Source: Candidatus Methanoplasma reticulitermitis (GTDB lineage: Archaea > Thermoplasmatota > Thermoplasmata > Methanomassiliicoccales > Methanomethylophilaceae). Taken from it: 42,085 nt of DNA. Position numbers and translations under genes: made by a program. The notes beneath the pieces were generated by a model. That model did no database searches, had not been told where the DNA came from, and worked only from the letters and a program-made list of their open reading frames with translations. This document shows, piece by piece, positions 21,197 to 30,299 of the stretch (position 1 is the first letter of the stretch; each line of letters begins with the position of its first letter). The stretch is taken from positions 1-42,085 of the forward strand of contig JAITTK010000083.1 of NCBI GenBank assembly GCA_031287135.1, given 5' to 3'.

Positions 21197-21318
21197 GTGA
21201 TTACCTTGCGCTGTTTTGCTCGATCGTCCGCCGCCGATATCAGTAAATCGGGCATCCCGTGTCGCCATGTGGGTACCCATCGCTGAGAAGATCCGCAGAA
21301 TGCGGCCGGACTCGGATT

Positions 21319-21732
21319 TCAGAGCACCTCCGAGAGCCTGCCGATGATCCGTACAAGTTCTCTCGAATCCTTTTCTCCGAGTGCCATAAGTATGTTCTTC
21401 ATCTTTTCGATCTTCTTATCCCATTCCTCCTCCACGCAATCTTCACCCTTCGGCGTCAGCCTGACGATTATCTTCCGTCTGTCCCCGCCGTGGATCTCGC
21501 GGGTGATCAGTCCTTTGTTCTCAAGGTTTTTAAGAGCCGTCGCAATTCGGGCCGAACTGACATTCAGTGCGCTGCCTATCTGGCCGGGAACGGCTTCGCC
21601 CCCCGTTTCCCGGATGAAAAAGAGAATGAAGATTTCGCCGTGGAATTCGTCCCGGATATGCTTTCTCTGACCGGCTGTTCTGATTGCCAGCATATTGCGT
21701 ATGAATTCTTTCGCAAGGTCATCGTAGTCCAT
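21319..21732 (-). CDS. MarR family transcriptional regulator
   Basis: VSSARIATALKNLENKGLITR..DRRKIIVRLTPKG winged helix; sits upstream of the ABC pair. Confidence 0.92.
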   Translation of the reverse strand: MDYDDLAKEFIRNMLAIRTAGQRKHIRDEFHGEIFILFFIRETGGEAVPGQIGSALNVSSARIATALKNLENKGLITREIHGGDRRKIIVRLTPKGEDCVEEEWDKKIEKMKNILMALGEKDSRELVRIIGRLSEVL

Positions 21733-21746
21733 ATTCCCGCTTGTCC

Positions 21747-21784
21747 TAATTTTACTAACAGCATTAGAAATTAACTATATAAGC
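21747..21784 (-). promoter_or_regulatory. TATA box and candidate MarR operator
   Basis: Minus-strand TTATATA near 21776-21782. Imperfect inverted repeat TAATTT(TA)CTAA-cagca-TTAGAAATTA at 21747-21773, between the TATA box and the start codon. Confidence 0.45.
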
Positions 21785-22109
21785 TATTTTATGTAAAATT
21801 ATCCCATACGGTTGCTTTACCCCGGGTTCACAGAGGAGCTGCAGATGTATTACGTGTAGCTGGGCCGGAGTCGAAGATCATGGAGTACAGATTTATTCTC
21901 AGGGTCAAGTCTGCGCCCGACATTTTAATCGATATGTTGGTCCCCGAAGACATCATCGTTTGGACGTATCCGATTATAGTCGCCGTGATGTCGCCGGATG
22001 GCCTGCCTGTTGGAACACTGTGCAATCGCCGTGCCGAGACGTTAATCTTTGCGCTTCGCGCAGTCGATTTCCAAATCTCAGTATTAAAAATACATCCGTC
22101 ACATCGTTT

Positions 22110-22928
22110 TCATATCGCCTTTTTCGGGCAGACTTTCGCGCATTCGAAACAAAGTATGCATTCCGTCCCATTCTCGCGGGAACGCTTCGGGTCGCGCATC
22201 TTGACGTTCATCGGACAAACACGTTCGCATTTACCGCAGTTTATGCACTTCGTCTCGTCAACCTTGATGCGTGTCAGCGAGAAATAGCTCGCGGGTTTGA
22301 GGAACACCGTTATCGGGCAGACATACTTGCAGAACGCACGGTTGTCTTTCAGCGCGGCGGCGAGCGCAATCCCTACCGCGTAATACAGCGCATTGCCCAC
22401 GATAAACGCGTACCAGATGATCCGCTCCGCGCTTTCGCGGTAAAGCAGAATGACGATCAGCGTGAACACGAGCGACAGCGCGAACACGGCATAGCGTATT
22501 GCCCCGAATCTCTTCACCCGCGGACTTTCCGGCGTTTTCCATGGTAAGAGGTCAAACACCATTGCCGACCAACAGGCATAACCGCACCAACCGCGCCCGA
22601 ACAGAAGCGGCCCCACGATCTTCGCCACGAGATAGTGGATGACCGCCGCTTGGAACAGCCCATTAAAAAGATAGTACCAGAAGCCCTCGATCTGCACATT
22701 CTCGCGGCTTATTATGCCGAGATACACGAGCATATACAGCCCGACAGCCAGTTGCACGGCGATACGAGCGTACCTATCCCCGCGCCCGAACAGGAATACG
22801 CCGATGGACACCGCCGTGCCGATGTACAGGAAATTCAGCAGGTAGAACAGATTATCGAACGCAAGCCACAGCGTCACCGCTACTGCGGCGAATGCGATCC
22901 ACATAATCAACGGTACCGTTTTCTTCAC
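22110..22928 (-). CDS. Membrane 4Fe-4S-binding protein (NapH/MauN-like polyferredoxin)
   Basis: Several TMs, GRGWCGYAC, FCKYVCP, and two CxxCxxCxxxCP motifs. GTG start. Confidence 0.88.
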   Translation of the reverse strand: MKKTVPLIMWIAFAAVAVTLWLAFDNLFYLLNFLYIGTAVSIGVFLFGRGDRYARIAVQLAVGLYMLVYLGIISRENVQIEGFWYYLFNGLFQAAVIHYLVAKIVGPLLFGRGWCGYACWSAMVFDLLPWKTPESPRVKRFGAIRYAVFALSLVFTLIVILLYRESAERIIWYAFIVGNALYYAVGIALAAALKDNRAFCKYVCPITVFLKPASYFSLTRIKVDETKCINCGKCERVCPMNVKMRDPKRSRENGTECILCFECAKVCPKKAI

Positions 22929-23210
22929 CGTTTAGCCCCCAAACAGTATTCAGTCACAGCTGAACAGGCGGCGGCTCCAAGCATGCGCAGGGCGTTCGTT
23001 TCAGTCAATGCGTTCTCCTCTTTTCGGCACATCAGGCAATACGATCCGCCTTCGACGAGCGTGGATTCAGCCCGCAGCGCGATACTGACGTGAACACGAC
23101 GCGCCTCTATGCTGAAGCGCAACTATTTGCGGTATCATTTCACAGTCAAATAGTCTTCGCATAAAAATTTTGGCTTCTCGACGAGTTAACCCAACAGAAG
23201 TACAAGTCCT

Positions 23211-23271
23211 CCATGATTCCGCCGTCTTGAAAATCAACGGCCATCGGATCATCCGTCTTCCTTTGTGATAT
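23211..23271 (-). repeat. Degenerate inverted copy of the mcm start region (34695-34755)
   Basis: 52 of 61 positions identical with no gaps. Translates to DPMAVDFQDGGIM versus DPMVVNFQDSEIV in mcm. Confidence 0.85.
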
Positions 23272-23332
23272 GGGTCGGTAGCACAGCTCCATCATGCCGC
23301 ACGGCGGCGATGTCCGCCGAAACCCGTCGGAT

Positions 23333-24553
23333 TCAGAACAGCGATTCTTTCTTCTCGGACGCATATCCGTAGTCGGCCGCTTTCCTGCCCACAAGGAAGA
23401 CGGCAGCGAATTCCGGCACTTCCGTTTCCCCGGAAAGCGAGAAGTGCTCTCCTTTCATATCGAACTCGTAGTCCTTCTTCAGAGTTATCCTGACGGGCCC
23501 GTCGGAGTAGGATGACGGAACGGCATCCCGGAGGGGATCGAAGTCCGTCAGCTGATGCCTTGTTATCGGCGTCACTCTGAGCCCGGTCTTCCCGTGGACG
23601 GACCCCGGCAGGCGTATTATCCTCTTTATGTCAGGGGTGACCGGCTTGTCGACCTCTGCGGACAGGGAAGGCGCCACATCCTCGGCCATTATCCTAACCA
23701 GCATCTCCTGGGTGTTGCGGTTCATCGAAGCCATGTTGTTCTTATCGAACAGCACCTTCCTCGATGATCTGATATCCTCCTGCATCTTGATCACCGTACT
23801 GTTGTTCGATGATAGCGAGGGGTATGTCCTGCGCAGTACTTTGGGGTCGAGGTCGCAGAAATCGTTCACGAGGTCCATCAGCCCGTTCCTCATCCTCCTC
23901 TTCCATCCCCCCGCCTCGGGCGGGGGTATCAGACGGTCCTTCGCAACATTCGTCCTGCTGCCGGCCGAGGTCTTCATCTGGGACGTTGCAACCTTTTGGA
24001 ACGGGAACACCCAATCTATGTCGAGTCCGGAACATGTTATGTAGTCCACGAGCTCCCTTCTCTCGTGCGTCCCCAGCGTCAGGACATCCTTGGAGGGGAT
24101 GTGCGCATGGTAACCCCTTCCGCCGGAGAATGTTATGTGGACACTGTCCTCGCCGAACCCTAGGTCCGAGAACAGGAACGAGTCGGTCAGGTTGATCATC
24201 TCCTCCTTTATTTTTCCGAGCATCTCGGAATAGGACATCCTGTCCGCCCCTTCAAGATGATCGGCGTCGAGATCGAATATCAGGTCCGCGCCCAGCCATT
24301 CCTTCTCATCCATGGTCTGAGCGCCGGGTTTCCTGTAGTATGCCGTCGAATAGTAACTGTGGCTCGGCACCTGCGCGATCATGAACCGGTTCAGGTCCTC
24401 GGGGTTGGGGAACCCCATGTGTCTCTGGACCATCGGTCTGTCGAAGAACATGAAACCGAACTCCCTCTTGGTGAAACGGTCCGGCATGATCGGATGGTTC
24501 TCCTTGTAGTATTTCCTGAATGATTTCAGCAGGAAACGGGAATTGGTGTCCAT
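23333..24553 (-). CDS. priS: DNA primase catalytic subunit
   Basis: REFGF, LIFDLDAD, FSGGRGYH, VDKPVTPDIKRIIRLPGSVHGKTG. Confidence 0.96.
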   Translation of the reverse strand: MDTNSRFLLKSFRKYYKENHPIMPDRFTKREFGFMFFDRPMVQRHMGFPNPEDLNRFMIAQVPSHSYYSTAYYRKPGAQTMDEKEWLGADLIFDLDADHLEGADRMSYSEMLGKIKEEMINLTDSFLFSDLGFGEDSVHITFSGGRGYHAHIPSKDVLTLGTHERRELVDYITCSGLDIDWVFPFQKVATSQMKTSAGSRTNVAKDRLIPPPEAGGWKRRMRNGLMDLVNDFCDLDPKVLRRTYPSLSSNNSTVIKMQEDIRSSRKVLFDKNNMASMNRNTQEMLVRIMAEDVAPSLSAEVDKPVTPDIKRIIRLPGSVHGKTGLRVTPITRHQLTDFDPLRDAVPSSYSDGPVRITLKKDYEFDMKGEHFSLSGETEVPEFAAVFLVGRKAADYGYASEKKESLF

Positions 24554-24942
24554 TGCGTACTCGAATCGGATGACGTATAATTATATTGTCCGCCGCCGGT
24601 GTCTCGGTGAGATCCTGATGGAAAAGGACCCGGGGTCCGAACTGCCCCCGTTATGCGGCGGCAGGCCGTACGGCGGGCTTATTCAGGCGCATTCCGGATC
24701 ATCCGCATAGGGGGTATATCATGCCGGAACTCCTACCGCTCCGATAACGGACGTCAGAACCATCTGGCGATTTCCGCCCGAATCCGAGAAGGACCGAACA
24801 AGGGCCTGTTCAGACCGGCCGTCTGACGGCATCCGCAACGCTATGCTGAGATCGCCGGATCAGACAGAGGGCATCGAAAATAGTCGGATGTATGAATGGA
24901 GATATACCACATAGATATATGTCTGTTTGCAGATGTCTATCT

Positions 24943-25332
24943 ATGGCCAATAAAACAGAACAAATGACTCCGGCGAAGATAGTGATTCTCATATCCGGCA
25001 TAACCATCTCCATGTTACTGGCAGTGTCTTTCAGAGGGTCGATAAACCATGTTCTGGCAACGGTATCAGCGGTGACGCTGGTGCTGATGATATTGATAGT
25101 CAGACCGAATGACGGAAGCTGGTTTAAAAATTGGTGGGGAGAATCGAGGTATGTGTTTGTTCTTGGGTTGGCAACTGGGCTGATGCCAGGAGCAATGATT
25201 GCACTGTCATATAACTTCGGGAGTAATTCTCCGATAATTGCGAACATAATAATGTTGGCAGCAGGTGTCATTCTCTTTGTCGTGTGTATGAATGAACAAT
25301 CGCATCACAGAAGACGAAATGCCGGCAGATGA
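24943..25332 (+). CDS. Hypothetical four-TM membrane protein
   Basis: MANKTEQ... with four hydrophobic segments; lower GC than its neighbours. Confidence 0.65.
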   Translation: MANKTEQMTPAKIVILISGITISMLLAVSFRGSINHVLATVSAVTLVLMILIVRPNDGSWFKNWWGESRYVFVLGLATGLMPGAMIALSYNFGSNSPIIANIIMLAAGVILFVVCMNEQSHHRRRNAGR

Positions 25333-25405
25333 TTCCCTCATAACAACGTCCCAAACCGTTGGCTGTTCCAATTTGCAGTAGTAATGTGTCAGAACATCTC
25401 TGAAT

Positions 25406-25658
25406 CCCGAGTTCGACATAACCTTTTGAGAATATGTTGTGAAGGGAGCAATCCGGCAGTAAGGCAGAAGTGTCCCTAACGAATCGCTTATCCATGACAG
25501 TAGAACAATCTCTGTTCAGGATGTCCGTCACGGATCCTAACGAGAACGGATAATTGCCGATCGGTACGACCGCCTGCGTGAAGGAACATCTCGGGGGATT
25601 GGGCTCCGATGGTTTATTCGGAGGAATCAATTGACGCGGAGAACGCGTCCGAAGCTTG
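25406..25658 (+). pseudogene. Probable IS1634-like transposase 5' remnant
   Basis: From ATG 25494: MTVEQSLFRMSVTDPNENG*LPIGTTACVKEHLGGLGSDGLFGGIN*RGERVRSL. From memory this resembles the N-terminus of methanogen IS1634-family transposases (PN.N...IGT...V...L...FG...RG). Two in-frame stops. Possible left end CCCGAGTTCGACA at 25406. Confidence 0.4.
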
Positions 25659-25697
25659 ATGCGATGGGTTAATCAACACAATAACCGTTCCACAGAT

Positions 25698-26537
25698 ATG
25701 GCCGAGAAGATCCCCGTCTACGACAATCACGTACACATGGATCCCGCAGGCAGGAACGTCGGCGCCGCGAAGGAGTTCGAGGCGGCCGGGGGGACGGGGA
25801 TGACGCTTGTCACTCTTCCGTACAGACAGGTGCAGATAACGAAAGGGGAGGATTTCGGGCGTTCCTACGGGATAACCTTTTCAATGGCCGACAGGACCAA
25901 AGAGGCCACATGCCTCGAAGTCAACATCGCCGTGGGGCCATACCCCGTGCTTATAATCCCGCTCTCGGAGCGTTTCGGCATCGAGAAGGCGGAGGAGATG
26001 ATGATCGAAGGTATGGAGATCGCCGCGCGGGCCGTTGCCGAAGGGAAGGCATGCGCGATAGGGGAGATCGGCAGACCCCACTTCAGCGTTCCGGATGATA
26101 TATGGGACGCGTCCAACAGGATACTCCTCAGAGGAATGGAATGCGCGAAAGAACTGGACTGTCCCGTCATAATCCACAGCGAATCAGGGACCGCGGATAC
26201 GAACATGTCCCTTTCGGAAATGGCCAGGGATGCCGGCCTGGATCCGGGAATGGTCGTGAAGCACTCGTCTCCCCCCTTTGTGACGGATGAGGAGACATAC
26301 GGTGTGATGCCCTCGATCCCCGCGTCGAAGAAGAACATAAACGAGGCGTTGGACAAGGGCTCGACCAGGTTCATGCTGGAGACCGATTACATAGACGATC
26401 CGGAAAGGCCGGGCATGGTCATGTCGATAAACACGGTGCCGAACAAGATAAAAATGCTGCTGTCGACCGGCAGGATGGATCAGGACGGCATACACAGGAT
26501 ATGCAAGGATATACCGGATTCCCTGTACCGCCGCTGA
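25698..26537 (+). CDS. TatD-related metal-dependent hydrolase
   Basis: DNHVH, GEIGRPH, IHSE, KH, ETDYIDD. ATG at 25698. Confidence 0.88.
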   Translation: MAEKIPVYDNHVHMDPAGRNVGAAKEFEAAGGTGMTLVTLPYRQVQITKGEDFGRSYGITFSMADRTKEATCLEVNIAVGPYPVLIIPLSERFGIEKAEEMMIEGMEIAARAVAEGKACAIGEIGRPHFSVPDDIWDASNRILLRGMECAKELDCPVIIHSESGTADTNMSLSEMARDAGLDPGMVVKHSSPPFVTDEETYGVMPSIPASKKNINEALDKGSTRFMLETDYIDDPERPGMVMSINTVPNKIKMLLSTGRMDQDGIHRICKDIPDSLYRR

Positions 26538-26575
26538 AACATTATTCAACCCGAACACGATATGCGGGCGATATC

Positions 26576-27334
26576 ATGCAGGCAAAGATAACCAGCGTCT
26601 ACGATGAAGGTTCCCTGGAAGGCACGTCCCTGATCGGGGCGGACGGATTCGCGGTCCTGGTGGAATCGGGGGACCAGAGGATACTTTTCGATACCGGGAG
26701 AAGGGGCAGGTACCTGTTGAATAACATGATGTTCCTGGATGTTAAACCGGATGATATAAGCAAAGTGGCGATATCGCACGGACATGCGGGCCACACAGGC
26801 GGGATAGAGGGCCTGCTGAGAGACAGGGAGAACAATCTCGGCATATATGCTCCGGGTTCCGCGATAGGTGTGAAGAAGCTGTTCGGCCCGAAAGGTGTCC
26901 GCATACCGGAAGACCTCTCCGACAGGGCGGATGTTTATGAGGTCAGGAATTGGATGGAGATCGCCTCCGGCATCTTCATCTCGTGCCCGATGGATATCGG
27001 AAACGGTCTGACGGAGTCTTTCCTAACCCTGCTGTCGAAGAAGGGGCCGGTCGTGGTCGCGGCATGCTCCCATGCGGGGACAGATGCGATAATGGATGCG
27101 GTCAAGGAGAAGTTCGGGGCATATCCCAAGATGTACATCGGAGGGGTCCACATAGGCAAAAAGGAGAAGCGGAAGGCGGAGGCCATCGCATCGCTGTTCG
27201 CCGAGAGGAAGTGCAATGACCTCTACCTCAACCACTGCACCGGCGTGAACGGGATGACATATCTCAGAACGGTCCTCGGACTGAAAGGAGTCAACGATTT
27301 CTACGTCGGATCGTCGGTCAGTGTGGAGATGTGA
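26576..27334 (+). CDS. MBL-fold metallo-hydrolase with an atypical active site
   Basis: ILFDTG, ISHGHAGHTGG, CSH, GGVH, HCTG. ATG at 26576. Confidence 0.85.
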   Translation: MQAKITSVYDEGSLEGTSLIGADGFAVLVESGDQRILFDTGRRGRYLLNNMMFLDVKPDDISKVAISHGHAGHTGGIEGLLRDRENNLGIYAPGSAIGVKKLFGPKGVRIPEDLSDRADVYEVRNWMEIASGIFISCPMDIGNGLTESFLTLLSKKGPVVVAACSHAGTDAIMDAVKEKFGAYPKMYIGGVHIGKKEKRKAEAIASLFAERKCNDLYLNHCTGVNGMTYLRTVLGLKGVNDFYVGSSVSVEM

Positions 27335-27596
27335 AACATACCGCAATTCGATATGCGCGTCAGAGCATGCATTGTTTTTACGGATTTGCCATGATCGGCA
27401 CGGACGACCAATACTTATTTTTTCGTCTGTATCCCCCGATAATCGAATGAGAACATGTTTTAATCATCTCTCAACGGGGTTGTCCTTAACATCAACGCGG
27501 ATCCGGCGAAGGTCATTCGTATCCGGGGGCATCTATGGGATCGATTGAAGATAATGATTAAATACAACCGCAATTGTACCTGAATCGAGTGATACC

Positions 27597-28520
27597 GTGA
27601 AATGGCATCTTAAGACGGCTATGATGTTCGCCGTCATGACCCTCATTCTGCTGGCAGTCGGCACTGCGATAGGATACCTGTTTGACAGTATGTGGCTGGG
27701 TCTCGTGATAATGCTCGGCCTCGCCGTTGTGTTCAACCTCTATGCATACTTCTTCTCCAAACGCAGCGCACTGAGGGCCAACAAGGCACGCATCGTGACC
27801 GAAGCCGAGGAACCCAGGCTTTACGGGATAGTAAAGAGTGTCGCGGAGAAAGCCGGCGTGCCGATGCCCGAGGTCGGTGTGTCCGAGTTTCCGATGCCCA
27901 ACGCATTCGCCACCGGGAGGAACCCGAAGAACGCGGCCGTTGTCGCGACGAGAGGTCTCCTCGGCCTGCTGCCGGACGATGAACTTGAAGGTGTCATCGC
28001 CCACGAGATGGCACACGTCAAAAACAGGGACATCCTGGTCATGTCGGTGGCATCGACGATGGCCGCGGTACTGTCATACCTGTCCAGGTATGCGATATGG
28101 ATGGTCATCCTCAGCGGCAACAACCGGAATGCCGTCAACTATGGCATCGCGATAGCCCTCAGCATAACCGTGCCGATCGCGGCACTTCTGGTCCAGCTCG
28201 GTGTGTCAAGGAGCCGTGAATACCTGGCGGACGAGACCGGGGCCAAGATAACAGGCAATCCGCGTGCGCTCGCCCGTGCTTTGAAGACGATCGAGACCGG
28301 AGTGGGCTCTCCCCGCAACGAGTATGACAACAACAGCTATGCGGACATGTGGATCTCGAATCCGGTAAGGAAGAAGAAAAGCCTGTTCTCACGCATGTTC
28401 AGCACCCACCCCCCAATGGATGACAGGATCGCCAGGCTCAACGATCTCGCGATGAAGATGGACAGCGGCCGGATACCGAGGTCCGGGTCATTCGTCGAAA
28501 GAGACCCTTTCCGCAACTGA
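27597..28520 (+). CDS. htpX: Zinc metalloprotease HtpX (M48)
   Basis: PNAFATG, HEMAH, SRSREYLAD, FSTHPP. GTG start. Confidence 0.93.
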   Translation: MKWHLKTAMMFAVMTLILLAVGTAIGYLFDSMWLGLVIMLGLAVVFNLYAYFFSKRSALRANKARIVTEAEEPRLYGIVKSVAEKAGVPMPEVGVSEFPMPNAFATGRNPKNAAVVATRGLLGLLPDDELEGVIAHEMAHVKNRDILVMSVASTMAAVLSYLSRYAIWMVILSGNNRNAVNYGIAIALSITVPIAALLVQLGVSRSREYLADETGAKITGNPRALARALKTIETGVGSPRNEYDNNSYADMWISNPVRKKKSLFSRMFSTHPPMDDRIARLNDLAMKMDSGRIPRSGSFVERDPFRN

Positions 28521-28523
28521 TCT

Positions 28524-29816
28524 TTATTTCACCGGCTCCCATTTGGCAAGTTCGTTGACCTTTGATAGGGTGGAGCCGCGTTTTATTTCTTCCCGGGTAC
28601 GGTTCTCCCTCTCGTGGACATCCATTGTCCGATTGGCCACCTCAACGGCGACCTCTTTCGGGATCACCATGAGCCCGCATTCATCGCCGACGATCCAATC
28701 CCCCGTACGGACCGTCTGCCCCCCTATCGTGACCTCTATCCCTATGCCTCCGTAACCCTTCGGTTCGCCGGCGCAGGGAACCACCGATCTGGCAAAAGCC
28801 GGGAAATTCATCTTTTTTATGTCGTCGATATCTCTTATCGCTCCGTCGATGACGACTCCGGCCACACCCGCGATCATCGCGGAATGGGAGGCGAGTTCCC
28901 CCCAGACGGCGACAGGTGCATTGCCCACATCTATGACTATGACATCCCCCCGCTTCGCGCGGTCTATCGCCTCGACCGGTTTTGCCCAATCGCCGTTGGC
29001 CGTCTGAACCGTCAGGGCCCTGCCCACCATCCTGGTACCTTCGGCGATGAATGGATGCAGGCCCATGATCACCCCTTTTTTATGGAAAGCGTCGGATATG
29101 TTGCACGTGGATGCACCGGAGAACGCCTCGAACAGCCCCTCCTCGTTATATTTCTTCGACAGTGCGGAGTCCACACTGCATCCGGACATGGCGGACACCA
29201 TGTCCGCAGCGGAGCCTTTGATATCCGCCGCTTTTATTATGCCCCCGCCGACGATTATTATCGATGCCCCGGCCTCCACGAATCTCCCGGCCGTCTCGGC
29301 GGTTATGCCGCCTGCCGCGGCTACCGGCACGGATGTCGCCTGCACGATCTCCCTCAGGATATCGATCGGTTGCCCCGCGCCTTTCATCTGGGAGTCTACG
29401 CCCATGTGCAGGCAGATGTATGATACGCCAAGCTTCTCGACCTCTTTCGCCCTTCCGACCCTGTCCGGAACGTTGATCATATCGATCATTATCTCCGCGC
29501 CGTACTTCCTTCCGGAGGAGACGGCCTCGGATATCGTGGAATCGTCCGCGAGCCCCAGAACCGTCACGATATCGGCACCGGCTTTCGCCATCATCTCGAC
29601 CTCGAGCCCGCCGACATCCATTGTTTTGGTATCCGCTATTATCTTACTATCCGGAAACTCTCTGCGGATTTCCCTCACCGCGTCCGCGCCGTCACTCTTT
29701 ATCAGCGGGGTGCCCACTTCAATCCAGTCCGCCCCGCCCGCGACCGCTTCATGGGCTATAGCTACCGCACGGTTCAGCTGCATCAGGTCCAGAGCGACCT
29801 GCAGGATCGGTTTCAT
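28524..29816 (-). CDS. hxlA: 3-hexulose-6-phosphate synthase fused to an RraA/HMG-aldolase-like domain
   Basis: LQVALD, IEVGTPLI, ADTKTMD N-terminal domain. C-terminal NISDA, AVWGEL, IDGAIRD, GDWIVGD. Confidence 0.9.
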   Translation of the reverse strand: MKPILQVALDLMQLNRAVAIAHEAVAGGADWIEVGTPLIKSDGADAVREIRREFPDSKIIADTKTMDVGGLEVEMMAKAGADIVTVLGLADDSTISEAVSSGRKYGAEIMIDMINVPDRVGRAKEVEKLGVSYICLHMGVDSQMKGAGQPIDILREIVQATSVPVAAAGGITAETAGRFVEAGASIIIVGGGIIKAADIKGSAADMVSAMSGCSVDSALSKKYNEEGLFEAFSGASTCNISDAFHKKGVIMGLHPFIAEGTRMVGRALTVQTANGDWAKPVEAIDRAKRGDVIVIDVGNAPVAVWGELASHSAMIAGVAGVVIDGAIRDIDDIKKMNFPAFARSVVPCAGEPKGYGGIGIEVTIGGQTVRTGDWIVGDECGLMVIPKEVAVEVANRTMDVHERENRTREEIKRGSTLSKVNELAKWEPVK

Positions 29817-30299
29817 GAGAGTTTATCGGCGGGGCGTTATTTACTTTTATTGAGGAAACCCGACATCGGAAGCATCTTCCTGCTAACCCGATGTCCATCA
29901 GATCTTTGAATGAATATCAATATCAATGGGCATTAAAATATAATTGATGAGGGGCTTGTTATCGGCAATGCGGCAGAATGTCCGCCACACGGCAAGAAAC
30001 TCCCGATACCGGAATATATGCGCCGATCGACAAAATCAAAGCTTATGGGCCGGTAATCCGCGGCCCACCCATCTGTCTGTTGCATCTCATCCCTCTCAGC
30101 ATTTTCAGACATCTCTACGTATCATTTTACAAGTCATATCCAGTATATAATCTGATATCTGGAACACAGAGCCATATATCTGGTAGATATGAACCTGTTC
30201 TAAACATAACAATCGAATAAGATATAGTTTATTTATACATCTACGCCTTTATCATAATACAGCAACGGTCGGGCCGACTGTTTCTTGAATTATAAGGGG

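Noticed and set aside
21828-22287. ORFs 21828-22025 (-) and 21880-22287 (+) between MarR and the 4Fe-4S gene
   Set aside because: No recognisable domain and one overlaps a real gene; may be decayed DNA but cannot be supported.
25268-25630. 120-aa minus-strand ORF
   Set aside because: Atypical composition, overlaps the membrane gene, and is better explained as the antisense of the putative IS relic.
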